Shown: positions 31,843 through 42,077 of the stretch, in pieces | Layout of the letters: the number at the start of each line of letters is the position of its first letter | Position numbering within the stretch: position 1 is the first letter of the stretch | Assembly (NCBI GenBank): GCA_963748215.1 | Contig: CAVVHS010000002.1 | Span: 1-64,000, forward strand | Source: an uncultured Gammaproteobacteria bacterium | Lineage (GTDB): Bacteria; Pseudomonadota; Gammaproteobacteria; UBA9214 | Length of the DNA: 64,000 bases | Direction: 5' to 3' | The notes under the pieces: model-generated | Told to the model about the DNA's origin: nothing | The model's input: the letters and a program-made list of their open reading frames with translations, nothing else | The model's database searches: none | Program-made: the position numbers and the translations under genes

Positions 31843-32429
31843 TTTCACCCTGTCGGGCGAGGTACTTTCTCTTGCGCACCCAAGAGAAAGTACCCAAAGA
31901 GAAAGCCACCCGGTGCCCGCGTCGGCTGACGCCGGTGCCCTGCGTTCCTCGTCAAGCCGGGGGCGCGCACAACTCGGAGCCGGAGCGGGATTAAAATCCC
32001 GCTCCGGCTTGCCTGCGGTACTCAGCGCGGCCAACGGGACCGGGGATGGCAGTATCAAGCCCCGTCAGGCGCTGCCGAGAATCGCAGCCAAATCCTGCGT
32101 AGCGGGATTTCAGTATCAGCGCGAGCCGCCCTGTCGAGCTGGATTTGCTAGCCGGAAGGCGCGGCAAATCCTGACGAGCAAGCCTGCGTAGCGGGCTTGT
32201 AGGAATGGGCCCAAAATGGCGAGAAGCGCATGGGCAAGGCTGCGCAGCGGCCTTGTCTATTCGGATGTTTTGGCAACCAAGCCTTCGGGTCCGCCTTTCT
32301 TTTGGGTACTATATGCGAAGTCCTTCCCTGGACTTCGCCCTGCGGGCCAGCCTGCGGCTGTGCCAATTCGCTCCAGGCGAATTGGTCTTTGGTGGAGCAA
32401 AGAAAAGTACCTCGCCCGATAGGGCGAAA
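31843..32429. mobile_element. MITE-like non-autonomous element, copy 2
   Basis: same terminal inverted repeats and shared internal blocks as 6585-7089. Confidence 0.75.
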
Positions 32430-32498
32430 CCTGCAATTTGCCCATACAATTGGGCTTGCAAGTTACTCCTGCAGCAATAATAGGAACGACATACAACA

Positions 32499-33563
32499 AT
32501 GCAACCACTACAAAACGACCGCTTCCTCCGCGCATTGCTGCGCGAGCCCGTCGACGTCACCCCGATCTGGATGATGCGCCAGGCCGGGCGCTACCTGCCG
32601 GAATACCGCAGGGTGCGCAAGCAGGCGGGCAGCTTCATGGACCTGTGCACGAACCCGGAACTGGCCTGCGAAGTGACGATGCAGCCGCTCGACCGCTACC
32701 CGCTCGATGCCGCCATCCTGTTTTCCGACATCCTCACCATCCCGGATGCCATGGGACTGGGCCTGTACTTCGAGGAAGGCGAAGGTCCGCGCTTCAGCAA
32801 GCCGGTACGCAGCGCGGCGGACATCAAGGCGCTCGGACGGCCCGACCCGGAAAACGAGCTGCGCTATGTCATGGATGCCGTCCGCCTGATCCGCAGCACG
32901 CTCGCCGGCCGCGTACCGCTGATCGGCTTTTCAGGCAGCCCGTGGACGCTGGCCACTTACATGGTCGAGGGCGCTTCCACCAAGACCTACTCGAAGGTCA
33001 AGGGCATGCTCTACGGCGAACCGCGGCTGATGCACCAGTTGCTGGATACCATCGCCCTGTCCGTTACTGACTACCTCAACGCACAGATCGCCGCCGGCGT
33101 GCAGGCGGTGATGGTCTTCGATACCTGGGGTGGCGTGCTGACACCGGACGACTACCGCGATTTCTCGCTGCACTACATGCAGCAGATCGTGGACGGCCTG
33201 ACGCGCGAGGCGGACGGCCGCAAGGTCCCCGTTATTCTGTTCACCAAGGGCGGCGTCCAGTGGCTGGAGCAGATGGCCGACACCGGCGCCGATGCGCTCG
33301 GCATCGACTGGTCCACAGACCTTGCGCAGGCACGCAGGCGTGTCGGCGACCGCGTTGCCCTGCAGGGCAACCTCGACCCGGCCGTGCTGTATGCGCCCCC
33401 GGAGATCATTCGCGAACGCGTCGCCGGCGTGCTGGCCGCGTTCGGCCACGGCCCCGGTCATGTGTTCAACCTGGGCCATGGCATCAACCCGGACGTCGAT
33501 CCGGAGCACGCCGGCGCGCTGGTCAGCGCCGTGCACGAGCTGAGCGTGCAATATCACAGGTAA
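32499..33563 (+). CDS. hemE: uroporphyrinogen decarboxylase
   Basis: [45 protein letters not shown]. Confidence 0.98.
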   Translation: MQPLQNDRFLRALLREPVDVTPIWMMRQAGRYLPEYRRVRKQAGSFMDLCTNPELACEVTMQPLDRYPLDAAILFSDILTIPDAMGLGLYFEEGEGPRFSKPVRSAADIKALGRPDPENELRYVMDAVRLIRSTLAGRVPLIGFSGSPWTLATYMVEGASTKTYSKVKGMLYGEPRLMHQLLDTIALSVTDYLNAQIAAGVQAVMVFDTWGGVLTPDDYRDFSLHYMQQIVDGLTREADGRKVPVILFTKGGVQWLEQMADTGADALGIDWSTDLAQARRRVGDRVALQGNLDPAVLYAPPEIIRERVAGVLAAFGHGPGHVFNLGHGINPDVDPEHAGALVSAVHELSVQYHR

Positions 33564-33589
33564 CGGTAACCCGTGCCGAGCTGCGACAA

Positions 33590-33942
33590 CAACAGAACCG
33601 CCATACTTTGCCGGATGTCTTTCACCCTGCAATGTAGCAATTGATTCCGGTTGTGGCGGGTCACCACCTGGCTTTGTCCTGACTGATCGAACAGCATCCG
33701 CAGAAAATGCGTCTCGTCCCGATGAGCATCCCGCACACCTTGCACCGTCTCTGCCTCCGGGTGACTACCCGTCCGCACGGAGTCCTCATCAAAAACACAC
33801 CAGGGTCGCTGCCTCACCATCGATGACACCCCGAAGGCCAGGTGCGAGGGCGTAAACATGAAGTGTTCGCCGGAAAACCCGGCACTTAGGCAACCACTTG
33901 GAACCCGGGGCGGCAAGTGCCTGCACTACCGGCACCCCCGAA
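33590..33942 (-). ncRNA. candidate structured small RNA (GGA-rich, unclassified)
   Basis: successive hairpins whose mismatches become G-U pairs only on the minus strand; C(UUCG)G loop; TATAGT -10-like hexamer at 33950-33955; no convincing ORF. Confidence 0.35.
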
Positions 33943-34184
33943 AATAAAAACTATAAGGTATCAGCTCTCTTTACGTGATTGCATACCAGGCTGTACAGGT
34001 TATTTACCGGAGTCAGTGGAAGCCGGGTGCATAACACGCGTATGATTTCTCCCGATTCCCGTGCCGCCTGGTGAACGGGATGGCGATTTCCGGCAGTGTA
34101 CAGCCTTCGCCGAGCGGTTGAGATGGCGATGAGGAAAACGTCACCCTCTCTTGATATTCACCCTTAAATGAAGTTTCATCCCGT

Positions 34185-35630
34185 ATGCACTGGCGCGCGA
34201 TAACACGGCTGTTCGGAATCCTGCTCATTTTCTACAGCCTGGGTTTTCTGCCCTCGCTCGGCATCGCCCTGCTGTACCAGGACGGCCAGTGGTCACTGTT
34301 CGCTGTCTCCCTGTTCTTGACCAGCGCGGCCGGCCTGGCGCTGTGGCTGCCAAACATCAACCAGCACAGCGAGCTGTCCGTGCGCGACGGCTTCCTCTTC
34401 GTCACCCTGTTCTGGGCAATACTGGGCATCGTCGGCTCGCTGCCTTTCATCCTCGGGCTGCATCTCGGAATTACCGATGCCATTTTCGAATCCATCTCGG
34501 GATTCACTACCACCGGCGCCACGGTCATTGTCGGACTGGACAGGCTGCCGCCATCCATCCTCTATCACCGACAACAGATCCAGTGGCTCGGCGGCATGGG
34601 CATCATTGTCCTGGCGGTTGCCATCCTGCCGCTGCTCGGCGTGGGCGGCATGTCATTGTACCGGGCCGAGGCCTCGGGGGTGTCCAAGCAGGAAAAGATC
34701 ACGCCCCGCATCGCGGAAACAGCGCGCGTATTATGGATTATCTATTTCACCCTGACCCTGGCCTGCACTCTGGCATTCTGGATCGCCGGCATGACACTCT
34801 TCGATGCCGTGGGACACGCCTTCGCAACCGTTGCAACTGGCGGCTTTTCAACCCACGATGCCAGCCTCGGCTACTACAACAGCCCGCTGATCGAGTCCAT
34901 AGCCATCGTCTTCATGCTGGCCGGTGGCGTGAATTTCGCCATCCATTTCATGGCCTGGCGACGATTGTCGATTGCACCGTACGGTACCGATCCGGAAGTA
35001 CGCGTTTATGGCCTGATCTTCCTGCTATCGACCCTGTTCGTTGCGGCGAGCCTGTACTGGGCCGGCGCCTACACCGGCACCTGGGAGTCGCTACGCTACG
35101 CGGCCTTTCAGGTGGCGTCGATCCTCTCCAGTACCGGCTTTGGTACTGCCACCTTTGCCGACTGGCCGCTGCACATCCCGCTGATCCTGGTGATACTTTC
35201 GTTCACCGGGGGATGTGCAGGGTCGACAGCGGGCGGAATCAAGGTCTTGCGCATCATGCTGCTCGCCAAGCTCGGCCTGCGCCAGCTGGAGCAGCTGGCC
35301 CATCCCCAGGCTGTGTACCTGGTCAAGCTGGGCAGGCGGCCGGTATCGGAAGATGTGGTCCTGTCCGTATGGGGTTTCTATGTCCTGTATATCGTCACCT
35401 CGCTGCTGCTTACCGTGGCGATGATGGCGGCCGGACTGGACCTCGATTCGGCCTTCGGTGCGGTGGTGGCCACCATCAATCTGCTGGGACCCGGCCTGGG
35501 CGAGGTGGCGACCAACTTCGCTTCCGTCAGTCCGGTGGTGAAATGGCTGAGTATATTCAGCATGCTGGTCGGACGGCTGGAAGTCTTCACCCTGCTGATC
35601 CTGTTCCTGCCGTCCTACTGGCGGCACTGA
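34185..35630 (+). CDS. trkH: Trk system potassium uptake membrane protein
   Basis: FESISGFTTTGAT, QWLGGMG, ATGGFS, GGCAGSTAGGIK, GRLE. Confidence 0.95.
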   Translation: MHWRAITRLFGILLIFYSLGFLPSLGIALLYQDGQWSLFAVSLFLTSAAGLALWLPNINQHSELSVRDGFLFVTLFWAILGIVGSLPFILGLHLGITDAIFESISGFTTTGATVIVGLDRLPPSILYHRQQIQWLGGMGIIVLAVAILPLLGVGGMSLYRAEASGVSKQEKITPRIAETARVLWIIYFTLTLACTLAFWIAGMTLFDAVGHAFATVATGGFSTHDASLGYYNSPLIESIAIVFMLAGGVNFAIHFMAWRRLSIAPYGTDPEVRVYGLIFLLSTLFVAASLYWAGAYTGTWESLRYAAFQVASILSSTGFGTATFADWPLHIPLILVILSFTGGCAGSTAGGIKVLRIMLLAKLGLRQLEQLAHPQAVYLVKLGRRPVSEDVVLSVWGFYVLYIVTSLLLTVAMMAAGLDLDSAFGAVVATINLLGPGLGEVATNFASVSPVVKWLSIFSMLVGRLEVFTLLILFLPSYWRH

Positions 35631-35655
35631 GCATGCCTGTAAATCCGGAGTCAGT

Positions 35656-37029
35656 ATGAAAATCGTTATCCTTGGGGCCGGTCAGGTCGGCAGCACCGTC
35701 GCTCAGGCACTTGCGAACGAGGCCAATGACATCACCGTAATCGACCAGAATGCACATCTGCTGACGGCGCTCCAGGAACGCAGTGACATCCGCACTATCA
35801 CGGGCCATGCCTCGCACCCCGACGTGCTGCAGCAGGCCGGTATCGAGGATGCGGACATGATACTGGCCGTCACAAACAGCGATGAGATAAACATGGTTGC
35901 CTGCCAGGTTGCCCACTCACTGTTTCATACGCCGCTGCGACTGGCGCGCGTGCGATCCCGGGACTACCTGGCTTACCCAAAGCTGTTTTCGCCGGATGCG
36001 GTGCCGATCAATTTCATCATCAGCCCCGAGCAGCTGGTTACCACCTTCATCCAGCACCTGATCGAATCGCCCGGCGTCCTGCAGATCCTGGATTTTGCCG
36101 ACGGCAAGGCCCAGCTCGCGGCCGTCCAGGCCCATCATGGGGGTGCGCTGGTCGGACAGGAGCTGCGCGCCCTGCCGGAGAAGATGCCCGGCGTGGAAAC
36201 CCGGGTGGTCGCCATCTTCAGGCGCGAACGGGCCATCATCCCAGAGGGCGACACCGTGATAGAGGCCGGCGACGAGATCTTCTTCCTCGCTGCGCACCGT
36301 GATATCAAGTCTGTGGTGGCGGCGTTTCGCCACTCCGACAAACGTAACCGCCGGATCATCATCGCCGGTGGCGGCAATATCGGCCAGCGCCTGGCAGAGA
36401 TGATCGAGCGCGACTATCACGTCAAGCTCGTCGAGCTGGACATCGGGCGCTGCCGGGAACTGGCCGAATCTCTGCACCGGACCATCGTGCTGCACGGCGA
36501 TGCAGCGGACCAGGACCTGCTGAAGCAGGAGGATATCGAGGATACCGACCTGTTCTGCGCCTTGACCAATGACGACGAGGCGAACATCCTTTCCGCCATG
36601 CTCGCCAAGCGGCTTGGCGCGCGCAAGGTGATGTCCATCATCAACCGGTCAAGCTACGTGGACCTTGCCCAGGGAACGGCCGTAGATATTGCACTGTCAC
36701 CCGCGCAGGTTACCATCGGCGCACTGCTGGCCCACATACGGCGCGGTGACGTGGTGGCCGTGCATTCACTGCGGCGGGGTGCGGCCGAGGCCATCGAAAT
36801 CGTTACGCACGGCGACCGCGATACGTCGCAGGTCGTCGGTCGGCGCATTGACGAGCTGCCGCTTCCCGACGGCACGTCCTTAGGCGCCATTGTCCGCGGA
36901 GACAAACTGATATTCCCGCACCGGGAAACCGTAATCGAACCGCAGGACCACGTCATCCTGTTCCTCGCTGACAAGCGCAAGATTATTGATGTTGAACGGC
37001 TGTTCCAGGTCTCGATATCGTTCGTTTGA
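35656..37029 (+). CDS. trkA: Trk system potassium uptake protein TrkA
   Basis: MKIVILGAGQVG, second GGGNIG, SLRRGAAEAIE, VERLFQV. Confidence 0.96.
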   Translation: MKIVILGAGQVGSTVAQALANEANDITVIDQNAHLLTALQERSDIRTITGHASHPDVLQQAGIEDADMILAVTNSDEINMVACQVAHSLFHTPLRLARVRSRDYLAYPKLFSPDAVPINFIISPEQLVTTFIQHLIESPGVLQILDFADGKAQLAAVQAHHGGALVGQELRALPEKMPGVETRVVAIFRRERAIIPEGDTVIEAGDEIFFLAAHRDIKSVVAAFRHSDKRNRRIIIAGGGNIGQRLAEMIERDYHVKLVELDIGRCRELAESLHRTIVLHGDAADQDLLKQEDIEDTDLFCALTNDDEANILSAMLAKRLGARKVMSIINRSSYVDLAQGTAVDIALSPAQVTIGALLAHIRRGDVVAVHSLRRGAAEAIEIVTHGDRDTSQVVGRRIDELPLPDGTSLGAIVRGDKLIFPHRETVIEPQDHVILFLADKRKIIDVERLFQVSISFV

Positions 37030-37169
37030 ACAACAGGGAATTCTCTTGATCCTGCTGCAGACACCCGTAACGGGAATGCAGTGCCTGTTTTCGCCGCGAC
37101 TAACGGATCAGCGCAGTTGCAGTGACCATCACAACCCGTCGCCCAACACATGGGATTGGCATAACGACC

Positions 37170-37382
37170 GTGAAAGAGTTGAACGAACACGAACTTGAGT
37201 GCCTGCGCAAGATCGCAACAGGGAGGACTGACTTTATCTCGCCCTGTGCGACGCACATTCTGGAACAGCTTATAAAAGCCGGGCTTGTCGAGCGGGCGCC
37301 GCATATCTGGCTGCCGGCGCAGGTGATCCGCATGTCATACCGGCTCACGTCCGCGGGCGAAGCGGAGCTTTTCCGTCGCTAG
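37170..37382 (+). CDS. small hypothetical protein, winged-helix-like
   Basis: GTG start; LEQLIKAGLVE...YRLTSAGEAEL resembles a wHTH wing. Confidence 0.5.
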   Translation: MKELNEHELECLRKIATGRTDFISPCATHILEQLIKAGLVERAPHIWLPAQVIRMSYRLTSAGEAELFRR

Positions 37383-37776
37383 ACCGCATTTCTCAACGGG
37401 CAGAAGCAAGACAACGTGAATCAACAATCTGAAAGCAACTGGCACCTTGCCACCGGGCAACGCAGCCTTTGAGGGACGCATCGACAATCTCTATCACGAT
37501 ATCGCACGGGCGCGCCGCTGGCACCGATGCCTGAGCAGGCGGGCGGTCGCCCGCACTCCGGTTATGACGCACAACTGGCATCAGTCTGGTTCAACCGCAT
37601 GAACCGGTGCTGCGCACGCTGGCACATTGTCATGATAACAATGGTGATTTGCTGTCGAGGTGCAGAACAGCAGTGTATCGTGGGATTCTGGCGACCTGAT
37701 GCTGCGCTTTGATTCGGGGAACGCACGCAACGGCCGCCGGCGGGACAGTATGTATTCTTCGTCTGAACAGGCAGGG

Positions 37777-38925
37777 TCAGGCCACGCAGGCGGCGTGGAT
37801 CAGCGCGGCATAAAGACGCGCCGCGTCGCAGGTTTCCTGCAGCGAGACATGCTCGTGACGCGTATGCGCCACTTCCAGCCGCCCCGGCCCGCAGATCACC
37901 GGCACTGAACCCTTCTGGTGAAACAGGCTGCCATCGGAGTGCGAACGAAAAGCCGCCGGCGACCAGTCCAGTCCCGTGGCATGGTACGCCTGTCGCACCG
38001 GGTCGAGCAGCGGGTCGTCCGGCGCGTTGGCATAGCCTGTCGCCCAGTACAGGTTCTCGAACTCCAGCTCGCAGCGCGGATGAGTAGCCTGTGCCTTGTC
38101 ACGCGCCTGCTCGATCAGCCGGTCGATGACCGTGTGATCTACGCCGGGCGGCGCGTGGATGTCGATGGCCGCCTCGCATTCCTGCGCCACCATGAACAGG
38201 CCGGCGCCGCCGCGAATCTCGCGCGGGTTGATGGTCAGCCCGTGCGTGGCCTCGCCGCCCGCCTCCATAATCTGCTGCATCCAGGCAAGCATGGCATGGA
38301 TGGCGCTGGCGCCCATTTCCGGCAGTGCGGCATGCGCACGCGCGCCCTGCACCGTCATCCTGCACTCATAGTAGCCGTAGTGATCCACACACGGTACGAG
38401 CCCGGTCGGCTCGCCGATCACGGTAAGCGGCGCGGTACGCCAGTCGAGCAGGGCCTCTGAACCGTCACCGTACTCTTCCTCACCGACCACCAGTGCCACG
38501 ATCAGGCCACGCCTGAGTTCCGCCCCCGACCTGACTACCGCGATCACCGCCTCGACGATGGCCGCGCAGCCCGATTTCATATCCGCCGTGCCCAGCCCGT
38601 GCAGGATGTCGCCCTCGCGGTGCAGGCGCTGCTCCTCCTCGTCGATAAGCGGCACGGTATCGACGTGCCCGACCCACATCAGCGCGGCGGGCTGCGGTCC
38701 GAGCTCGATGATCAGGTTGGCCCGGGTATCCGCTACCGGACCACCGCCCGGCGGCAGTGGCTGGCGCATGTAGCGCACGCCGCACTCACCGAGCCGTTCG
38801 GCGAACACCTCCATGGCCGGCTCCTCGGCATAGGACGGACTGTACTGCTCGACGGCGTCGGTCAGCAGCGTCACCAGCTGCGCATCGTCGATCAGGGCGA
38901 GTATGTCTTTCAGTTCGCTAGTCAT
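37777..38925 (-). CDS. M20 family metallopeptidase/deacetylase (ArgE/DapE-like)
   Basis: GHVDTV, GTADMKSG, GEEE, GEPT, C-terminal AHT. Confidence 0.9.
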   Translation of the reverse strand: MTSELKDILALIDDAQLVTLLTDAVEQYSPSYAEEPAMEVFAERLGECGVRYMRQPLPPGGGPVADTRANLIIELGPQPAALMWVGHVDTVPLIDEEEQRLHREGDILHGLGTADMKSGCAAIVEAVIAVVRSGAELRRGLIVALVVGEEEYGDGSEALLDWRTAPLTVIGEPTGLVPCVDHYGYYECRMTVQGARAHAALPEMGASAIHAMLAWMQQIMEAGGEATHGLTINPREIRGGAGLFMVAQECEAAIDIHAPPGVDHTVIDRLIEQARDKAQATHPRCELEFENLYWATGYANAPDDPLLDPVRQAYHATGLDWSPAAFRSHSDGSLFHQKGSVPVICGPGRLEVAHTRHEHVSLQETCDAARLYAALIHAACVA

Positions 38926-39454
38926 CCTGCTTCCTGCTGCGACGCACTACCTGTTTCTGGCTGCGCAATCGCTGGTAGTCGGGGTGGTAGGTCAGGTTCT
39001 TGCTGAGGTAGACGTGACGGTCCTCACTCAGGAAGTCATGCTTGCGGAACAGCTTGATAGCCGGCTTGTTGTCGGCGTCGGTGTCGACGATCATCATGCG
39101 CGCTCCGGCGCGGATAAAGGCCTCGGTGATGCCCTCGATCAGCAGGCTGGCAATGCCGCTGCGTTTCAGTTCCGGATCGACCGCCAGCCAGGTCAGGTAG
39201 CCATAGCTCCAGGCGCTGTTGCGCTTGTCGATGAGTGAGCCCAGCGCAAAGCCCACCAGCCGGTCCTGGTACTCGGCGACGAGGCAGAACTCGCCATCCG
39301 AGTGGAACAGGCCAACGGCCTCGTATTCATCCCAGGTCCGGTACAGGCTGGGCCACTTGTCAGCCGTGAATACGCGCTCACCCAGCGCATAGACGGCCGA
39401 CAGGTCCTCCAGCTCCATTTCGCGCACCTCGACGCCTTTTTGAACGGCACTCAT
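38918..39454 (-). CDS. GNAT family N-acetyltransferase
   Basis: WLAVDPELKRSGIASLL acetyl-CoA motif, N..AIKLF; overlaps the M20 start by 8 bp. Confidence 0.88.
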   Translation of the reverse strand: MSAVQKGVEVREMELEDLSAVYALGERVFTADKWPSLYRTWDEYEAVGLFHSDGEFCLVAEYQDRLVGFALGSLIDKRNSAWSYGYLTWLAVDPELKRSGIASLLIEGITEAFIRAGARMMIVDTDADNKPAIKLFRKHDFLSEDRHVYLSKNLTYHPDYQRLRSQKQVVRRSRKQDD

Positions 39455-39592
39455 CACAGCTTCACCACGGCCTGTATCGACCGGAAAAGTATACCTGCAT
39501 TTATGGTCAATGCGATTCACAAAACGCCGACTGGATTCCCGGGAAACGCCTGGAGTATGCTAGGCTCGTTCCCATTCCCGACCCGCCCCGCC

Positions 39593-41371
39593 ATGCCCAA
39601 CCCCCGCATCCTGCGCCTCCTGCTGCCCATCCTGTCCACTGCGCTGTTCTACGCCCTGTATTACGCGATCAGCGCCATGGGTTTCGATGTCGTCATCGTG
39701 CCCAAGGCCATCCCGCGCGATTACCTGCTGAACCTGGTGCTGGCCTATGCGCTCATTGCATTGTCACGGCGTCTCTGGGTCTTCCTGCTGCTGCAGGGTC
39801 TGCTGATGGCCTTGCTGTACATAGGCAATGCCGTCAAGGTCAGCTTCTTCGGCGGCCCGATCATGCCGGATGATGTATATGCCCTGCGCACGCTGTTGCT
39901 GCTGCTGGAAGGCTGGCAGTTCTATCTTGCTGCGCTGCCGCTGGTCGGCATCGCCAGCCTGCTGATCTTCAATTTCAGCCTGCGTAACTGGGGTTCCTGG
40001 CTGGCACTTGCCGCATTGCTGTTGCTTGGTGTCACGCTGGTATACCAGCCGCGAAACATCATCAAGCCGCTCGATCACTACGTCGGCAACGTGGTCTGGG
40101 ACCAGCGCTCCAACTACCTGCAGCGCGGCGCCATGCTCTACTCGCTGATGGAAGGTGCACGTTACTTCGCCGACCGCGTACCGCCGCCCGACCGCGAGGC
40201 CGTGCGTGCGTCGCTTGCGCGCCTGCGGGCGGGCCTGCCGCCACACCACTTGCCGGCCGGGGAATTCACGCCGCGGAACGTGCATATTATATTGCTCGAG
40301 TCGTTCTGGGACCCGTCGCCGCTGAAAGCCGGCCACTACTCGCGTGACCCGTTGCCGAAGGACTTCCGTGCGCTATGGAAGCAGGCCGGTAACAGTCGCA
40401 TCCTGTCGCCGGTGTTCGGCGGCTATACCGCCAATGCCGAGTTCGAGGCGCTATGCGGCTTCCCGGTACTGCAGGATGCCGTCAAATTCGAGCGCGATCT
40501 CAAGAATGACGCGCCCTGCCTGCCGCGCATCCTGGCACAGCAGGGTTACACCACGATCGCCTCGCACCCCAACGTACCGGTGTTCTGGAACCGCGTGAAC
40601 GCCTATCGCCGGCTCGGCTTCGGGACCTACTGGTCGCTGGACGATTTCGAGAAAGTCGACATGGTGCGCAACTTCATGAGCGACGCCTCGCTCTACCGCC
40701 AGGTGCTGGACAAGATCGAACCCTGGCTCGACAGCGGCAAGCCGCTGCTGAACTACATCGTCACCTACTTTGGTCACTGGGACTATCCGCTGCGCGGCGA
40801 GCGTACTCGCGTCATCGATGATGCATCAGGCGTGCCCGAGGTCGGCAGCTTCGCCAACACGGCGTACTACAAGGCGAAGGAGTTGATGGAATTTCTCAAG
40901 GAACTCACCGGGCACGACCCGGACGCGCTGATTGTCATATTCGGCGATCATCCACCCTACCTCGGCTCGAACTTCTCCGGCTATGCCGAATCCGGTGTGC
41001 TGGCGGACAACCGCAGCAAGTTCACGGCGGAAATGTTCGGCGTCTACAATGCGGCACCGCTGATCGTCATCGACGGCAAACGCGGCGCCCGGAAATTTGG
41101 CACGCTGGCGCTGTATGAGCTGCCGGCCCTGCTGCTGCAACTGCTGCACCTCGACAACGCCGGGCCGATCGGACTGACCGCCCCGGAGACCGGGATGCAT
41201 GTACGCCCGATCCCGGGCCTGCATTACCTGGTCAGCGACACGGGCGACGTCGACGTGTGCAAGGAACCACCCTGGTCGGAGGACTGCAGCCGCAGCGCCG
41301 CCTGGCTAAAGGATGTCGTCACCGTCGGTGACGATTTATTTGTCGGGGGGCAGTTTACGCTCGGTGAATAG
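39593..41371 (+). CDS. LTA synthase / phosphoglycerol transferase (sulfatase-fold) family membrane protein
   Basis: about 5 N-terminal TM helices; LLESF, GGYTANAEFE (catalytic Thr), GHW, FGDHPP. Confidence 0.87.
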   Translation: MPNPRILRLLLPILSTALFYALYYAISAMGFDVVIVPKAIPRDYLLNLVLAYALIALSRRLWVFLLLQGLLMALLYIGNAVKVSFFGGPIMPDDVYALRTLLLLLEGWQFYLAALPLVGIASLLIFNFSLRNWGSWLALAALLLLGVTLVYQPRNIIKPLDHYVGNVVWDQRSNYLQRGAMLYSLMEGARYFADRVPPPDREAVRASLARLRAGLPPHHLPAGEFTPRNVHIILLESFWDPSPLKAGHYSRDPLPKDFRALWKQAGNSRILSPVFGGYTANAEFEALCGFPVLQDAVKFERDLKNDAPCLPRILAQQGYTTIASHPNVPVFWNRVNAYRRLGFGTYWSLDDFEKVDMVRNFMSDASLYRQVLDKIEPWLDSGKPLLNYIVTYFGHWDYPLRGERTRVIDDASGVPEVGSFANTAYYKAKELMEFLKELTGHDPDALIVIFGDHPPYLGSNFSGYAESGVLADNRSKFTAEMFGVYNAAPLIVIDGKRGARKFGTLALYELPALLLQLLHLDNAGPIGLTAPETGMHVRPIPGLHYLVSDTGDVDVCKEPPWSEDCSRSAAWLKDVVTVGDDLFVGGQFTLGE

Positions 41372-41449
41372 AAATACGGCATACCGTCCTGCCGGCAGTC
41401 CGCAGCTTCTATTCAGGCCGGAAGCAATCGAAAATTTCCTGAAACAGCC

Positions 41450-41767
41450 TCATACGTCCGGCTTGACCATATGCAGACCGGGCCCCGAACGCAGACGTTT
41501 CGCAGCCGCGTATTCCTCGTCCGTCATCTGGCTACCGACGACATTGCGCAGCAGTTCCGCATCCTTGTCACCCTGATCAACTGCCCGTGAAAGCCAGTAA
41601 TGGGCCTGCGCCATGTCTATGGAAACGCCCCGCCCCTCTGCATACACCAGGCCAAGCGCGTACTGCGCATCCACCTCGCCACGTTGTGCCGCTTCCAGAA
41701 TGGCAGGCACCTTGGAGGGATCGTTGCGCAGCAGGACCAGGTCCTTGAGATAGCCGTTATCGCTCAT
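41450..41767 (-). CDS. Sel1-repeat protein
   Basis: AQYALGLVYAEGRGV..D..QAHYWLSRAVDQG. Confidence 0.82.
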   Translation of the reverse strand: MSDNGYLKDLVLLRNDPSKVPAILEAAQRGEVDAQYALGLVYAEGRGVSIDMAQAHYWLSRAVDQGDKDAELLRNVVGSQMTDEEYAAAKRLRSGPGLHMVKPDV

Positions 41768-42077
41768 GACTGGGATTGCCCGGGACGAGAGAGATACGAT
41801 TGTACGGTATGCGGCAGGACGGCGCGAACCCGTTATGGCACGAGTACGCACGGAGTTCCTCGACAACATGAGGTGCCGGCAACACGCGGCATGCGTTATG
41901 GGTCACCTTCCCCTTGATAATTCACTGGAATATTTTGCAGATATTGCGCACCAGCCGAATATCCATCGGCGCAGGCGCTTATGAGCGACACCACCGGACG
42001 GATCCTGTCAGCAGACCTGCATCGGAACGGCACGTGCCGGGAAACCCCTGGCCATATGTAGCGCAACCTGCGCTGAT

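Noticed and set aside
33750-33945. 6S RNA or a known riboswitch on the plus strand
   Set aside because: Loose resemblance only (CACTTGGAAC...CAAG); lacks the zapA/ygfA context, and the G-U bias favours the minus strand.
34010-34160. Riboswitch in the trkH leader
   Set aside because: A few possible stems, but no match to any aptamer consensus I recognise.
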